This document shows, piece after piece, positions 39,410 through 51,002 of a stretch of DNA of 64,000 nt (position 1 is its first letter; the number at the start of each line of letters is the position of its first letter). The DNA is from Dehalococcoidia bacterium. Lineage in GTDB: Bacteria > Chloroflexota > Dehalococcoidia > Bin125. The notes under the pieces were generated by a model, which saw nothing but the letters and a program-made list of their open reading frames with translations, was not told the DNA's origin and made no database searches. Made by a program: the position numbers and the translations under genes. The stretch is from positions 2,848,001-2,912,000 of the forward strand of contig OY820591.1 of NCBI GenBank assembly GCA_963555985.3, read 5' to 3'.

Positions 39410-40114
39410 ATGGGCGCGCTACAGACGTTGACCGCATGGACAAAGACCTTCGTCGAAGAAGTGCGGGCCGATATCGCCTTCACGATGGATCGCGATCCGG
39501 CGGCGACTTCGGCGCTGGAGGTGTTGCTCGCGTATCCGGGGATTCACGCGCTGATGCTGCACCGCGTCTCCTCAACCCTGCTGCGAGCGGAGATTCCTGT
39601 GGCTCCGCGTTTGTTGTCGCACGTGGGTCGGTGTCTGACCGGAATCGAGATTCATCCCGGAGCGCAGATCTCCTCACCCTGCCTGATCGATCATGGGATG
39701 GGTGTCGTGATTGGGGAGACCGCGCGGCTTGGGCAGCGTTGTCACCTGCATCAAGGGGTCACGCTGGGCGGCACGTCGACGATGCGCAAACAGCGGCATC
39801 CGACGTTCGGCGACGACGTGTTGGTCGGTGCGGGCGCCTCGATCATCGGCGCGGTCTCCATCGGGAACGGGGCGAGGATTGGCGCGGGGGCAGTGGTGGT
39901 CTCGAACGTGCCGCCGCATTCCACGGTGGTCGGGGTGCCCGGTCACGTGGTGGCGTATTACGACCCGGGTGACGACACCGTGCTGCGTTTGCCCGACCCC
40001 GAGCATGACCGGATCGAGCACCTGGAGGCGGAATTCGCGGAGCTGCGGTCGGAGTTGCGGGGTCTGCAAGATCGGGCAGCCGAGCGTCATGGTGAGACGG
40101 CGGCGGGCGGCTGA
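39410..40114 (+). CDS. cysE: Serine O-acetyltransferase
   Basis: RDPAA, YPGIHA, TGIEIHPGA, IDHGMGVVIGETA and HQGVTLGGT...RHPT motifs. Confidence 0.95.
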   Translation: MGALQTLTAWTKTFVEEVRADIAFTMDRDPAATSALEVLLAYPGIHALMLHRVSSTLLRAEIPVAPRLLSHVGRCLTGIEIHPGAQISSPCLIDHGMGVVIGETARLGQRCHLHQGVTLGGTSTMRKQRHPTFGDDVLVGAGASIIGAVSIGNGARIGAGAVVVSNVPPHSTVVGVPGHVVAYYDPGDDTVLRLPDPEHDRIEHLEAEFAELRSELRGLQDRAAERHGETAAGG

Positions 40115-40148
40115 GGGGGTCTGCGGTAGCTCTGCCGGAGTAGGGCGG

Positions 40149-40200
40149 ACCCCCCTCTGTCACTTCGTGACATCTCCCCCCGCACTGCGGGGAGAGAGGG
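40149..40200. repeat. REP family B copy
   Basis: CCCCCTCTGTCACTTCGTGACATCTCCCCCCGCACTGCGGGGAGAG. Confidence 0.88.
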
Positions 40201-40317
40201 GAATCCCAATCGGCGCTCATTGACCGAGCCGGGGCTATTCGCTTGCATTGGCTGCGTTCAATAGCGTGCGTATGAGCGCGCCGGAGGCGCCCAGAGTGCT
40301 TCGAGGAGGGATCGCAC

Positions 40318-41745
<1,428 letters not shown>

Positions 41746-41772
41746 TAGCGCTGGTTGCACAGAACCCGCTAC

Positions 41773-41832
41773 TCCGTCATTGCCGCGCTCCGCCGCAGCC
41801 TGCCCCTGGCCTGAACAGAGGGCAATCTCGCC
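41773..41832. repeat. REP-A' hairpin with inserted AGCCTGCCCCTGGCCTGAACAGRGG module
   Basis: The same composite occurs at about 50690-50747 (inverted) and about 52596-52653. Confidence 0.85.
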
Positions 41833-41849
41833 GAGCGATCCCCGCCTTC

Positions 41850-42016
41850 GGAGGGCTTTGCAACAAACCATCCCGGTGCGTTGGGGCCTAGGGAGGGACG
41901 GATCGTGCGATCTGAGGTCGGCGGTACGACCAGATTGGGAGTGGCTTCATACTTGGTTGCTTCGAGATTCCCGCCTACGCGGGAATGACGGAAATGGGGA
42001 TTTTGCAAAGGCCTCC
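41850..42016. mobile_element. MITE subfamily 2 (167 bp)
   Basis: CTTC|GGAGGGCTTTGCAA ... TTTTGCAAAGGCCTCC|CTAC inside a CCCCGC...GCGGGG hairpin; interior shared with 28839-29003. Confidence 0.8.
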
Positions 42017-42191
42017 CTACGCGGGGATGACGGATGTGGTTGCGGATCTCGTGATGTGAGGTCGGCGGTACGACCAGATTGGGAGTGGCTTCATACTTGG
42101 TTGCTTCGAGATTCCCGCCTACGCGGGAATGACGGAAATGGGGATTTTGCAAACGTCTCCAAAGGCGGGGATGACGGATGTGGTTGCGGAT
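41913..42191. repeat. Tandem duplication with 144-bp period
   Basis: TGAGGTCGGCGGTACGACCAG...GGTTGCGGAT starts at 41913 and 42057; the copies are nearly identical. Confidence 0.92.
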
Positions 42192-42203
42192 GTCGTTCGG
42201 GCC

Positions 42204-43439
42204 TTAGAACGGCGGGGCCCTGTGTGACTCGACTTCTGCGATTGCCGACTCGTCGTAGCCGAGTTCTTGCATCACCTCTGCCGTGTGCTGACCTAATTCT
42301 GCGAAGAGGTCTTTCGGCATTGCCGGAGTTTGGCTCATGCGCACCGGTAGGCCGACGACCTTGCGGCGGCCGATGTGGGGGATGTCTTTCTCGACGATGT
42401 AACCGTTGACCAGGGCTTGCTCGTCTTCAAGCACTTCCTCGTAGTTGAACACTCGCTGGGCCGTCATGCCGTCGGGGTGGATTTCGAAGAAGTCCTCCCA
42501 TTCGGCGGTCGTGCGCTGCCTCATCAGCGCTGCGATCTTTGGTCGCAGGTCACGGACCGTGATCATCGCTTCCTGGTCGCGGAACGGATCGCGTTTTTCG
42601 CGGGCGTTCCAGCGCGGATCGTCGGCGAGTTCGGGCGTACCGCCGAAGGCGCAGAACTCTCGCCAGGTCTCGTCGTCGCGGACGCCGAGGCAGAACGCGC
42701 CGCCGTCGGCGGTCTGATAGAGGCCCATCAGTGAGGGCACGGCGGCGTGGAAGGAGCCGTCGCGGGTGAGCAGGTGTCCGGTGACGGAGGTGTGGTTGAT
42801 CTCCCAAGCCTGCATCCAGAGCATCGCGCCGTAGGCGGAGGTCTGCACCTTCTGTCCGAGACCGTGCCGATGTCTGGCCTGGAGCGCAGTGAGAATGCCC
42901 AGCGCCAGCGCCATCGAGCCGCCGGTGTCGGCGATGATCGCGCCCGGCAGCAGCGGCGGATCCTCAGGCGTGCCGGTGACGCCGGAGATGCCGCTGCGCG
43001 ACTGCGCGTAGGGGTCGCTCATGCGGTTCTGGCGGGCGGGACCGAGCGGGCCAAAGCCGCTGGCGACGGCGTAGATCAAGCTCGGGTTGCGCTCCGACAG
43101 GCGCTCGTAGCCCATCCCCAGCCGTTCCAGCGCGGGTTCCCGGTAGTTGCTGAGGAAGATGTCGGCGGTGTCGATCAGGCGGTCGACCAGTTCGAGTCCG
43201 ATCTCGGTGTGGAGATCGACACAGACTGAGCGCTTCCCGTGCGACGCGCCGATGAACTGGGTTCCCACCGCCTCGGGTGGCGAGGTGTTGTTGACGCTGC
43301 GGAACCAGCGATTGGCGTCGCCGCCGGGCGGTTCGACTTTGATCACGTCGGCGCCCATGTCGGCCAAAAATCCGCCCGCCGCCGGGCCCTGCACGGCAAT
43401 CGAGAGTTCGACCACGCGAATGCCCTCGAGTGCTTCCAT
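42204..43439 (-). CDS. CaiB/BaiF (family III) CoA-transferase
   Basis: LEGIRVVEL, GP.....LADMGADVIKVEPPGGD, K.S...DL, N.R, IAD (catalytic Asp) and LGQHT motifs. Confidence 0.94.
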   Translation of the reverse strand: MEALEGIRVVELSIAVQGPAAGGFLADMGADVIKVEPPGGDANRWFRSVNNTSPPEAVGTQFIGASHGKRSVCVDLHTEIGLELVDRLIDTADIFLSNYREPALERLGMGYERLSERNPSLIYAVASGFGPLGPARQNRMSDPYAQSRSGISGVTGTPEDPPLLPGAIIADTGGSMALALGILTALQARHRHGLGQKVQTSAYGAMLWMQAWEINHTSVTGHLLTRDGSFHAAVPSLMGLYQTADGGAFCLGVRDDETWREFCAFGGTPELADDPRWNAREKRDPFRDQEAMITVRDLRPKIAALMRQRTTAEWEDFFEIHPDGMTAQRVFNYEEVLEDEQALVNGYIVEKDIPHIGRRKVVGLPVRMSQTPAMPKDLFAELGQHTAEVMQELGYDESAIAEVESHRAPPF

Positions 43440-43575
43440 CCGTCTCTTCCTCGGCGACCGAGCGCGTTCCGCTGGAGCGCATCGTAGATCAGCGCGCGTC
43501 TCGCTTGCGCTCGAACCAGGGCCCGTTCAGGTTGGCGCTTGCTGTTACACCGTCATGGCGACCGTCAGTCTGAAC

Positions 43576-44301
43576 CTAGTCGCGGTTGTGGATGGTCAGG
43601 CGGCGGCGGGCGACGAAGCTGGTTGTCACGAGGACTGCGATCAGGCTCACGACGGCGGCTGCCAGCCAGGGGTTGGTCTGTCCGTCGTCGGCGAGACCGC
43701 CGGTACCGGTGTTGGCGTAGCTGGCGGTGTCAGCGGCGCCAGCGGCGCAGGGAACGATCGAGATGCCTGGAGGGAGCGCGGCGCCGAAGCCTTGCAGGAG
43801 TCCCAGCGCTTCCTGGGCGGTGTAGCTGTCGCCGAGCAGTTCGACGTTGATGATTTCGTTGTTGTCGCCGACGTTGATCGTGATTTCGTAGGTGCGTCCA
43901 CCAGCGCTGACGGTGTCGGTGTGGCTGCCAGGAGGGAGGTTGAGGCAGACATCGTCGCTGGCGGCACCTGCCTGCATAGCGTCGCCGGCGGCGGCGCACT
44001 CGATCACCTCAACGCCTTCGGGCAGTTCGTAGTCGCCGCTGGCGAAGATGCCCATGCCGGCCGCCGCGCCGATCGGTTGTCCGCCCGGCTCGTAGAACTC
44101 GGTCACGACGCCGCCCTCGCCGATTTCGACGCGGAAGATGACGTTGCCCTCACGCTCCTGGGAGGGAACGACGAGGTCGTGCGTGCCTGGCGCCAGGTTG
44201 AGGCAGACCGCTGGTTGCGCGTGAGCGCTGGGCAGGGTGATGAAGGCGGCAATGCTGAGTGCGAGTGCGGCAGCGGCGGCTGCGAGGAAAGCGCGGTTCA
44301 C
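43576..44301 (-). CDS. Secreted protein with two Cys-flanked repeats and a sortase-like C-terminal anchor
   Basis: Ala-rich signal peptide ending AHA; repeats VCLNLAPGTH...VIECAA and VCLNLPPGSH...IVPCAA; ANTG plus TM helix plus RRR; AAGGA RBS before GTG 44301. Confidence 0.8.
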   Translation of the reverse strand: MNRAFLAAAAAALALSIAAFITLPSAHAQPAVCLNLAPGTHDLVVPSQEREGNVIFRVEIGEGGVVTEFYEPGGQPIGAAAGMGIFASGDYELPEGVEVIECAAAGDAMQAGAASDDVCLNLPPGSHTDTVSAGGRTYEITINVGDNNEIINVELLGDSYTAQEALGLLQGFGAALPPGISIVPCAAGAADTASYANTGTGGLADDGQTNPWLAAAVVSLIAVLVTTSFVARRRLTIHNRD

Positions 44302-44434
44302 GGTAGTCCTTTGCGGGGTGACCGGATCATGGAACGATTGCAACGCGCAGGATACGCGGCCGGTTGTTTGCGTCAAGTGCAAAAAACTGATCCGGCAGCA
44401 TTGAGCACAGGAATTCAGGCTAGGATGAGATCAG

Positions 44435-44510
44435 GCCCAGGTGGCGCAATTGGCAGCGCAGCCGATTTGTAATCGGCAGGTTGGGGGTTCGAATCCCCCC
44501 TTGGGCTCCA
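44435..44510 (+). tRNA. tRNA-Thr(TGT)
   Basis: GCCCAGG/CTTGGGC acceptor stem, GCCGA-TTTGTAA-TCGGC anticodon arm, CCA. Confidence 0.97.
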
Positions 44511-44642
44511 ATCAGACCCGAGCTGTCTGCGTGCTGGTGAACACAAGACGGGGGATGAGGCGCGGGCACAGGCGTCGGGGCGCAAGCGAAAGCGCGGCTG
44601 TGGATGTGCGTTTGGGGATGATCGGGCTAAGATGAACGTAAT

Positions 44643-44730
44643 GGCGGGATGGGTGAGTGGCTAATACCACCGGTCTGTAAAACCGGCGACCGAGAGGTCT
44701 ACGCAGGTTCGAATCCTGCTCCCGCCACCA
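44643..44730 (+). tRNA. tRNA-Tyr(GTA)
   Basis: GGCGGGA/TCCCGCC acceptor stem, CCGGT-CTGTAAA-ACCGG anticodon arm, long variable arm, CCA. Confidence 0.97.
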
Positions 44731-44807
44731 GTTGGATCGAGCCGCCGCCCCGTGTGGGCGAAGCAGAGCAAGCGCAGCGGCCGCAGGCCGCCACACACAG
44801 TGAACAG

Positions 44808-44883
44808 GCCCGCATAGCTCAGTCGGTAGAGCGCGTTCTTGGTAAGAACGAGGTCTCCAGTTCAAGTCTGGATGCGGGCTCCA
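44808..44883 (+). tRNA. tRNA-Thr(GGT)
   Basis: GCCCGCA/TGCGGGC acceptor stem, CGTTC-TTGGTAA-GAACG anticodon arm, CCA. Confidence 0.97.
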
Positions 44884-44937
44884 CACGTTTCCGCCGCAAC
44901 GCCGCCGGAAGCAGTTGCCAGAGACGGAGGGTTACTC

Positions 44938-46140
<1,203 letters not shown>

Positions 46141-46249
46141 GCGCAGCCCGAAAAGTTCGTACGAGTGCCCGCGATCATTGCGATCTACGGAAATCGTGCG
46201 ATGATGGAGCTGCCGCGATCGAGCCAGCGGCGCGATTGAGAGGCCGGCG

Positions 46250-46411
46250 ATGGCCAAAGGCGACCGAATTTTCATCACCCTGCGCTGCCGCGAGTGTCAG
46301 TCGCACACGTACCACACGACCAAGAACCGCCGCAACGACGCGGATCGGCTTGAGTTGACCAAGTACTGCCCGCACTGCCGCCAGCGGCGGTCGTACCGCG
46401 AGACACGCTGA
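46250..46411 (+). CDS. rpmG: 50S ribosomal protein L33, zinc-binding C+ form (not in ORF track)
   Basis: [53 protein letters not shown]. Confidence 0.97.
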   Translation: MAKGDRIFITLRCRECQSHTYHTTKNRRNDADRLELTKYCPHCRQRRSYRETR

Positions 46412-46419
46412 GGTGAGCT

Positions 46420-46866
46420 GTGGCGCGTAGCAGAGATTCTCGGCGACGGCGAAATCGGCGCGGCGCCTCCGGCCGCGCCGCCGCCCGTGCAGCAGCCGCG
46501 CCGTCGTCCGCGCCCCGCCCGACGCGCCAAGCCGCGAGCGCCGACGCTGCGGCGAGCTCCTCGCCGAACGCGAATGCCGCGGCGAGCGATGCGGCGGGCT
46601 TGCCCGCGCGCCCGCGCCGACAGATCCAGGCCCAGCGTCCGACCACCTCCGACGCGCCCCGAGTGCGCAGCCTCTTCTACCGCCTCACGCACCCCCGCGC
46701 GATCTTGGCCATCATCGACGAGTTGCGGCGCGTCGTCTGGCCTTCGCGCCAGGAAACTGGAAACCTCACCGTCGTGGTGTTGGTCGTCGCGATCGCGGTC
46801 GGAATCTTCCTCGGCGCGATCGACTTCGGGCTCAACCGCGTCGTAGAGAATGCGTTGTTGCCCTAA
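46420..46866 (+). CDS. secE: Preprotein translocase subunit SecE with long basic N-terminal extension
   Basis: ELRRVVWPSRQE followed by a single TM helix; located between rpmG and nusG. Confidence 0.93.
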   Translation: MARSRDSRRRRNRRGASGRAAARAAAAPSSAPRPTRQAASADAAASSSPNANAAASDAAGLPARPRRQIQAQRPTTSDAPRVRSLFYRLTHPRAILAIIDELRRVVWPSRQETGNLTVVVLVVAIAVGIFLGAIDFGLNRVVENALLP

Positions 46867-47783
46867 TGACGACTACCGACGAACCCAGCCGCCCCGCGAC
46901 CGCTCGTGAAGCAGCGGCCGGACTCGGCTTCGGCAACCGCCCCCTGCGCAGCGCCGAGCGCGAACTCGAAGAAGTGCTCGCCCTCGCGCGCGAGCTCGGC
47001 ATTGAAGAACAAGACGACCAAGACGATCCCGACTACGACGCCACCGCCGCGCAAGCCGTGGCCGAACTCGGTCTCGATCAGCCCGTAGTGCAGGAAGAAA
47101 CGCCGGTTGCGGCCTTCCTCGCCGAAGACGATGAGTACGACGACTACGACGACGAAGACGAATTCCGGATCGAAAGCGTCCAGCAGCCCAACGCCGCCTG
47201 GTTCGCGGTCAACACCTATACCGGACACGAGAATCGGGTGCGCGACGCGCTTGACCTGCGTATTCGCAATATGGATGTCGAGCACCAATTCGTCGAGCTC
47301 GAGGGCGAGACCGGCAAGAACGGCGAGAAACGCTACGTGCTCGTGCCGACCCAGCAGGAAGTCGAGATCCGCGGCGGCAAGCGGCGCGAAGTCGAGCGCA
47401 AGCTGCTGCCCGGTTACGTGCTCGTCCAGATTCGGCTCAACTCCAGGACGGGCGATCTCGACGACAACAGCTGGCACGTGGTCAGCGGTACGCAGGGCGT
47501 CAACGGCTTCGTGGGCACGCGCGACGAACAGCGCGAGCACGCGCGACCGCTGCCGCCGGAAGAAGTCGCCGCGATCATCGGTCAGACCCGCGTCGAAGAG
47601 CCGCGCGTGCGGGTCGGCTTCGCCGTCAACGACCCGGTGCGGGTGACTGAGGGCCCGTTCCTCGATTTCGTCGCGCAAGTCGAGGAGATCAACATCGAGA
47701 AAGGCAAGGTCAAGGTGCTGATCTCGATGTTCGGCCGCGAAACCCCGCTCGAACTCGACTTCGATCAGGTGGAGAAACAGTAA
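46866..47783 (+). CDS. nusG: Transcription factor NusG with acidic N-terminal extension
   Basis: WFAVNTYTGHENRV, LPGYVLV, GVNGFVG and KOW (VRVTEGPF...MFGRETPLEL); TAATG coupling with secE. Confidence 0.96.
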   Translation: MTTTDEPSRPATAREAAAGLGFGNRPLRSAERELEEVLALARELGIEEQDDQDDPDYDATAAQAVAELGLDQPVVQEETPVAAFLAEDDEYDDYDDEDEFRIESVQQPNAAWFAVNTYTGHENRVRDALDLRIRNMDVEHQFVELEGETGKNGEKRYVLVPTQQEVEIRGGKRREVERKLLPGYVLVQIRLNSRTGDLDDNSWHVVSGTQGVNGFVGTRDEQREHARPLPPEEVAAIIGQTRVEEPRVRVGFAVNDPVRVTEGPFLDFVAQVEEINIEKGKVKVLISMFGRETPLELDFDQVEKQ

Positions 47784-47882
47784 GCGGCCCGCCTCTGCGG
47801 AGCGAACGGGCCGGCATAGACAACCCGGACAACGAATTCCGCGTTCCCGTCCATGACCGGAACGCATTGAGGAGACAGTGGC

Positions 47883-48308
47883 ATGGCGAAGCGGGTGCGC
47901 GCGGTGTTGACGCTGCAACTGATGGCGGGCAAGGCCAGTCCGGCCCCGCCGGTGGGCCCGGCCCTGGGTCAGCACGGCGTCGGCATCATGGAGTTCGTCA
48001 AGAGCTACAACGAACGCACGGCCAACAGCGCCGGCGAACTGATTCCGGCCCAGATCACGATCTTCGAAGATCGCTCGTTCAGCTTCGAGCTGCGCACGCC
48101 GCCGGCCTCGGACCTGATCCGGCGCGCGGCCGGGATCGAGAAAGGCGCTTCCGAGCCGCGCCGCGAGGTGGCCGGTTCGATCACCGAGGCGCAGATGCGC
48201 GAGATCGCCGAAAAGAAGATGCAGGATCTCAACGCCAACGACATCGAGGCGGCGATGAAGATGGTCGCCGGTACCGCCCGCAGCATGGGCGTGGAGGTGG
48301 AAGGCTAA
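47883..48308 (+). CDS. rplK: 50S ribosomal protein L11
   Basis: [23 protein letters not shown] and GTARSMG motifs. Confidence 0.99.
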   Translation: MAKRVRAVLTLQLMAGKASPAPPVGPALGQHGVGIMEFVKSYNERTANSAGELIPAQITIFEDRSFSFELRTPPASDLIRRAAGIEKGASEPRREVAGSITEAQMREIAEKKMQDLNANDIEAAMKMVAGTARSMGVEVEG

Positions 48309-48310
48309 TC

Positions 48311-49027
48311 ATGGTCAAACGAGGCAAGCGCTACCGCGCCGCCAGCGAGCAGTACGACCGCAGCGCGCACTATGCCCCGCCCGAGGCGGTCACGCTGGTG
48401 AAACAACTGGCCACGGCCAAGTTCGACGAGACCATCGAACTGCACATTCGCACCGGGCTTGATGTCCGCCACGCCGATCAACAGTTGCGCGGCACCGCTC
48501 GGCTGCCCCACGGATTGGGCAAGGAGGTTCGCGTCGCCGTCTTCGCCGAAGGCGATCCCGCCAACGCGGCCGAAGCGGCGGGCGCCGAAATCGTGGGCGC
48601 GGACGACCTGATCAAGCGCGTCCAGGACGACGGCTTCACCGATTTCGACGTGGCCATCGCCGATCGCCGGATGATGGGCAAAGTCGGTCGCTTGGGCCGC
48701 ATCCTGGGCCCGCGCGGTCTGATGCCCAACCCGCGCGCCGGAACGGTCGTAGACGGCGAAGACATCGCTCGCGCCGTCGGCGAGGCCAAGGCCGGCCGGG
48801 TCGAATTTCGCACTGACCGTGAGGCCTCCGTGCACGTGCCCTTGGGCAAAGCCAGCTTCTCCGCCGAGCACCTGCTCGACAATCTGGCCACGATGGTCAC
48901 CGAGATCGTCAAGGCGCGACCGTCGGGGGCGAAAGGCAGCTACATCCGCAGCCTCAACATCACCTCCACGATGGGGCCTGGCGTGAAGCTGGAGCAGCAG
49001 AGTACGCTCGCCCTACGCGCCGACTGA
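48311..49027 (+). CDS. rplA: 50S ribosomal protein L1
   Basis: AKFDET, LPHG.GK, LGRILGPRGLMPNP and TMGPG motifs; ATG 48311. Confidence 0.98.
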   Translation: MVKRGKRYRAASEQYDRSAHYAPPEAVTLVKQLATAKFDETIELHIRTGLDVRHADQQLRGTARLPHGLGKEVRVAVFAEGDPANAAEAAGAEIVGADDLIKRVQDDGFTDFDVAIADRRMMGKVGRLGRILGPRGLMPNPRAGTVVDGEDIARAVGEAKAGRVEFRTDREASVHVPLGKASFSAEHLLDNLATMVTEIVKARPSGAKGSYIRSLNITSTMGPGVKLEQQSTLALRAD

Positions 49028-49065
49028 GAAAGGCTCGCACCGAGCAGAGTTCAACCAGCAACACA

Positions 49066-49136
49066 GCCGCCCATGACCGCAGGCGGCGCCGGCTCCGGCA
49101 CGGTTGGAGCCGCGCCTTAATCTCCCGCGCAGGCTG
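49066..49136 (+). promoter_or_regulatory. L10 leader (rplJ autoregulatory RNA)
   Basis: CCATGACCGCAGGCG...hairpin...CCTTAATCTCCCGCGCAGG in the rplA-rplJ spacer resembles the L10-leader pattern. Confidence 0.65.
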
Positions 49137-49250
49137 GCGCTCCGTCCTCCGCCGCGCAGCTCCGCGACCGGAACCGCGCCGCGCGACGCAGCAGTCCAGT
49201 CCCGCGCCTACGAAGTCTGCCGGCATCGGCGCAGAGGACGGACGATAGCG

Positions 49251-49811
49251 ATGGCAACGGAACGCAAGCGGGAACAGGTCGCGCTGCTGGAAGAGCGCCT
49301 GAACCGAGCCGAAGTCACGATCGGTCTCGATTATCGCGGCCTCAGCGTCGGCGACATGCAGCAGCTGCGCCGCGCTCTGCGCGCCGAGGCCCCGGAGACT
49401 GAACTGCGGGTAGTCAAGAACACGCTCTGGCGTCTGGCCGCCGAGAACGCCGGCGAGCCGGAGGCGGCGGGTCTGACGCAGGAGGCCACGGCGCTCCTGT
49501 TCGGCTTCGGCGAGCTGACCGAAGCGCCCAAAGCGTTGCAAAAGTATCTCCGCGACACCCGCAGCGAACTGCCGATCCACGGCGTCTACTTCGAGTCCGG
49601 CCTGGCCGCCGGCGGGGTCGTCGATGAGCTCGCCGCCATCCCCGGACGCGCCGAGCTGATGGCAAAGGTCGCCGGCGGACTGAACAACCCGATCGCCGGA
49701 CTCGCCGGCGCGCTCAGCGCCGTCTTCCGCGATGTCGCGGCAATCGTCGAAGCCCGCGCCGAGCAACTCGCCGAAGCCGAGGGCGAGCCGGCCGCAGCCG
49801 CAGCGGAATAA
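49251..49811 (+). CDS. rplJ: 50S ribosomal protein L10
   Basis: DYRGLSV..MQQLR and VVKNTL motifs; AGAGGA RBS before ATG 49251. Confidence 0.96.
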   Translation: MATERKREQVALLEERLNRAEVTIGLDYRGLSVGDMQQLRRALRAEAPETELRVVKNTLWRLAAENAGEPEAAGLTQEATALLFGFGELTEAPKALQKYLRDTRSELPIHGVYFESGLAAGGVVDELAAIPGRAELMAKVAGGLNNPIAGLAGALSAVFRDVAAIVEARAEQLAEAEGEPAAAAAE

Positions 49812-49884
49812 CCCAAGCAAGTCACCGGCCCAAGCCCGAATCGCGGCCGGTTGCAACTGCAAACGCAGCGAGTAGGAGTCGGAC

Positions 49885-50265
49885 ATGTCGAAAGTAGACG
49901 AGGCGTTTGAGCTGATCAGCGCCATGACCATCCTGGAGGCGCGCGATCTCGTCAAGAAGATCGAAGAGGAGTTCGGCGTCTCCGCCGCCGCTCCGGTCGC
50001 CGTCGCAGCCGTCGCCGGCAACGGCGCCGCCGTCGTCGAAGAGGTCGAAGAACAGACCGAATTCGACGTTGTGCTGCAAGACTTCGGGGCCAAGAAGATC
50101 AACGTGATCAAAGCCGTCCGCGCCGTTACCGACCTCGGTCTCAAGGAGGCCAAAGAGTTCGTCGAAAGCGCCCCCCAAACGGTGCGAGAGGCGTTGCCCA
50201 AGGAAGAGGCCGAAAAGATCAAGGCCGATCTCGAAGAGGCTGGCGCCACCGTCGAGCTCAAGTAG
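49885..50265 (+). CDS. rplL: 50S ribosomal protein L7/L12
   Basis: [29 protein letters not shown] and [10 protein letters not shown] motifs. Confidence 0.99.
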   Translation: MSKVDEAFELISAMTILEARDLVKKIEEEFGVSAAAPVAVAAVAGNGAAVVEEVEEQTEFDVVLQDFGAKKINVIKAVRAVTDLGLKEAKEFVESAPQTVREALPKEEAEKIKADLEEAGATVELK

Positions 50266-50270
50266 ATCGA

Positions 50271-50290
50271 GGGCTCGCAGGGGCCCGTTT
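50271..50290 (+). terminator. Possible terminator after rplL
   Basis: GGGCTC-GCAG-GGGCCC hairpin (one G-U pair) followed by GTTT. Confidence 0.4.
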
Positions 50291-50343
50291 GCACTGCCTA
50301 TCCCTCTCCGCCGCGCCTGCGCCTATCCCCTCAAGCCTTCCTT

Positions 50344-50805
50344 ACTCTCCCCCTTGAGGGGGAGATGCCGCAGGCAGAGGGGGTGAGAACGCCACGCCCG
50401 GCAGTCCCCGCTCCCACTTCCGCCATATCCGCGTCGGGAAACCTCTGCGTACGTCAAAGACCGTCATACCCGCGCCTGCCCGGAGCCTGTCCCCGCGCAG
50501 GGAGGCCTTTGCAAACCCCCATTTCCGTCATTCCAGGCTTGACCTGGAATCTCGTTCGGAGTTCGGTCTATCTGGTCGGGCGAGATTCCAGCTTTCGCTG
50601 GAATGACGAGAGCAGCGGGAATGCCAATTTGCAAAGGTCTCCGCAGGCGGGGATCACTCGCCATGATCTGCACCGTTGTCGCTCACACGGCGAGATTGCC
50701 CCCTGTTCAGGCCAGGGGCAGGCTGCGACGGAGTGCGGTAATGACGGAGGTAGAGAGGATCGGAAAACTCTCCCCCCGCAAGGCGGGGGGACAGAGGGGG
50801 GTCCC
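50344..50805. repeat. Composite REP cluster (B, A, A' and MITE)
   Basis: REP-B at about 50346-50386 and 50768-50803; REP-A at 50462 onward; REP-A' at about 50690-50747. Confidence 0.88.
50501..50642. mobile_element. MITE subfamily 1 (142 bp) with perfect GCAG target duplication
   Basis: GCAG|GGAGGCCTTTGCAAA ... TTTGCAAAGGTCTCC|GCAG. Removing it restores the reverse complement of about 33446-33480. Confidence 0.92.
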
Positions 50806-50953
50806 ACCCCTCCGACCTACCATCCGACCACCTCTGTCGTCCACGTCACATCCAACCACCCGCCCCGCCGCCGCCAACGCACAGATCACTTATGCTGAAT
50901 CGCACATCAGTATCAGTGACGCGCCCGTTCTTCCCTCCCCAACGAAGCGGAGC

Positions 50954-51002
50954 ACCCCGAGCAACCTGAACAAACCCGAACAAACCTGAACGCCCTGAAC
51001 AG
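50954..51002 (+). repeat. 10-bp tandem array
   Basis: AACCTGAACA AACCCGAACA AACCTGAACG CCCTGAACAG. Confidence 0.8.

Noticed and set aside
41913-42191. Long direct repeats as a CRISPR or guide-RNA array
   Set aside because: Only two near-identical 144-bp units with no variable spacer.
50365-50989. ORFs across repeat clusters (also 11206-11622, 36059-36546, 41585-42409)
   Set aside because: Translations of REP/MITE DNA; the same peptide strings recur at each cluster.
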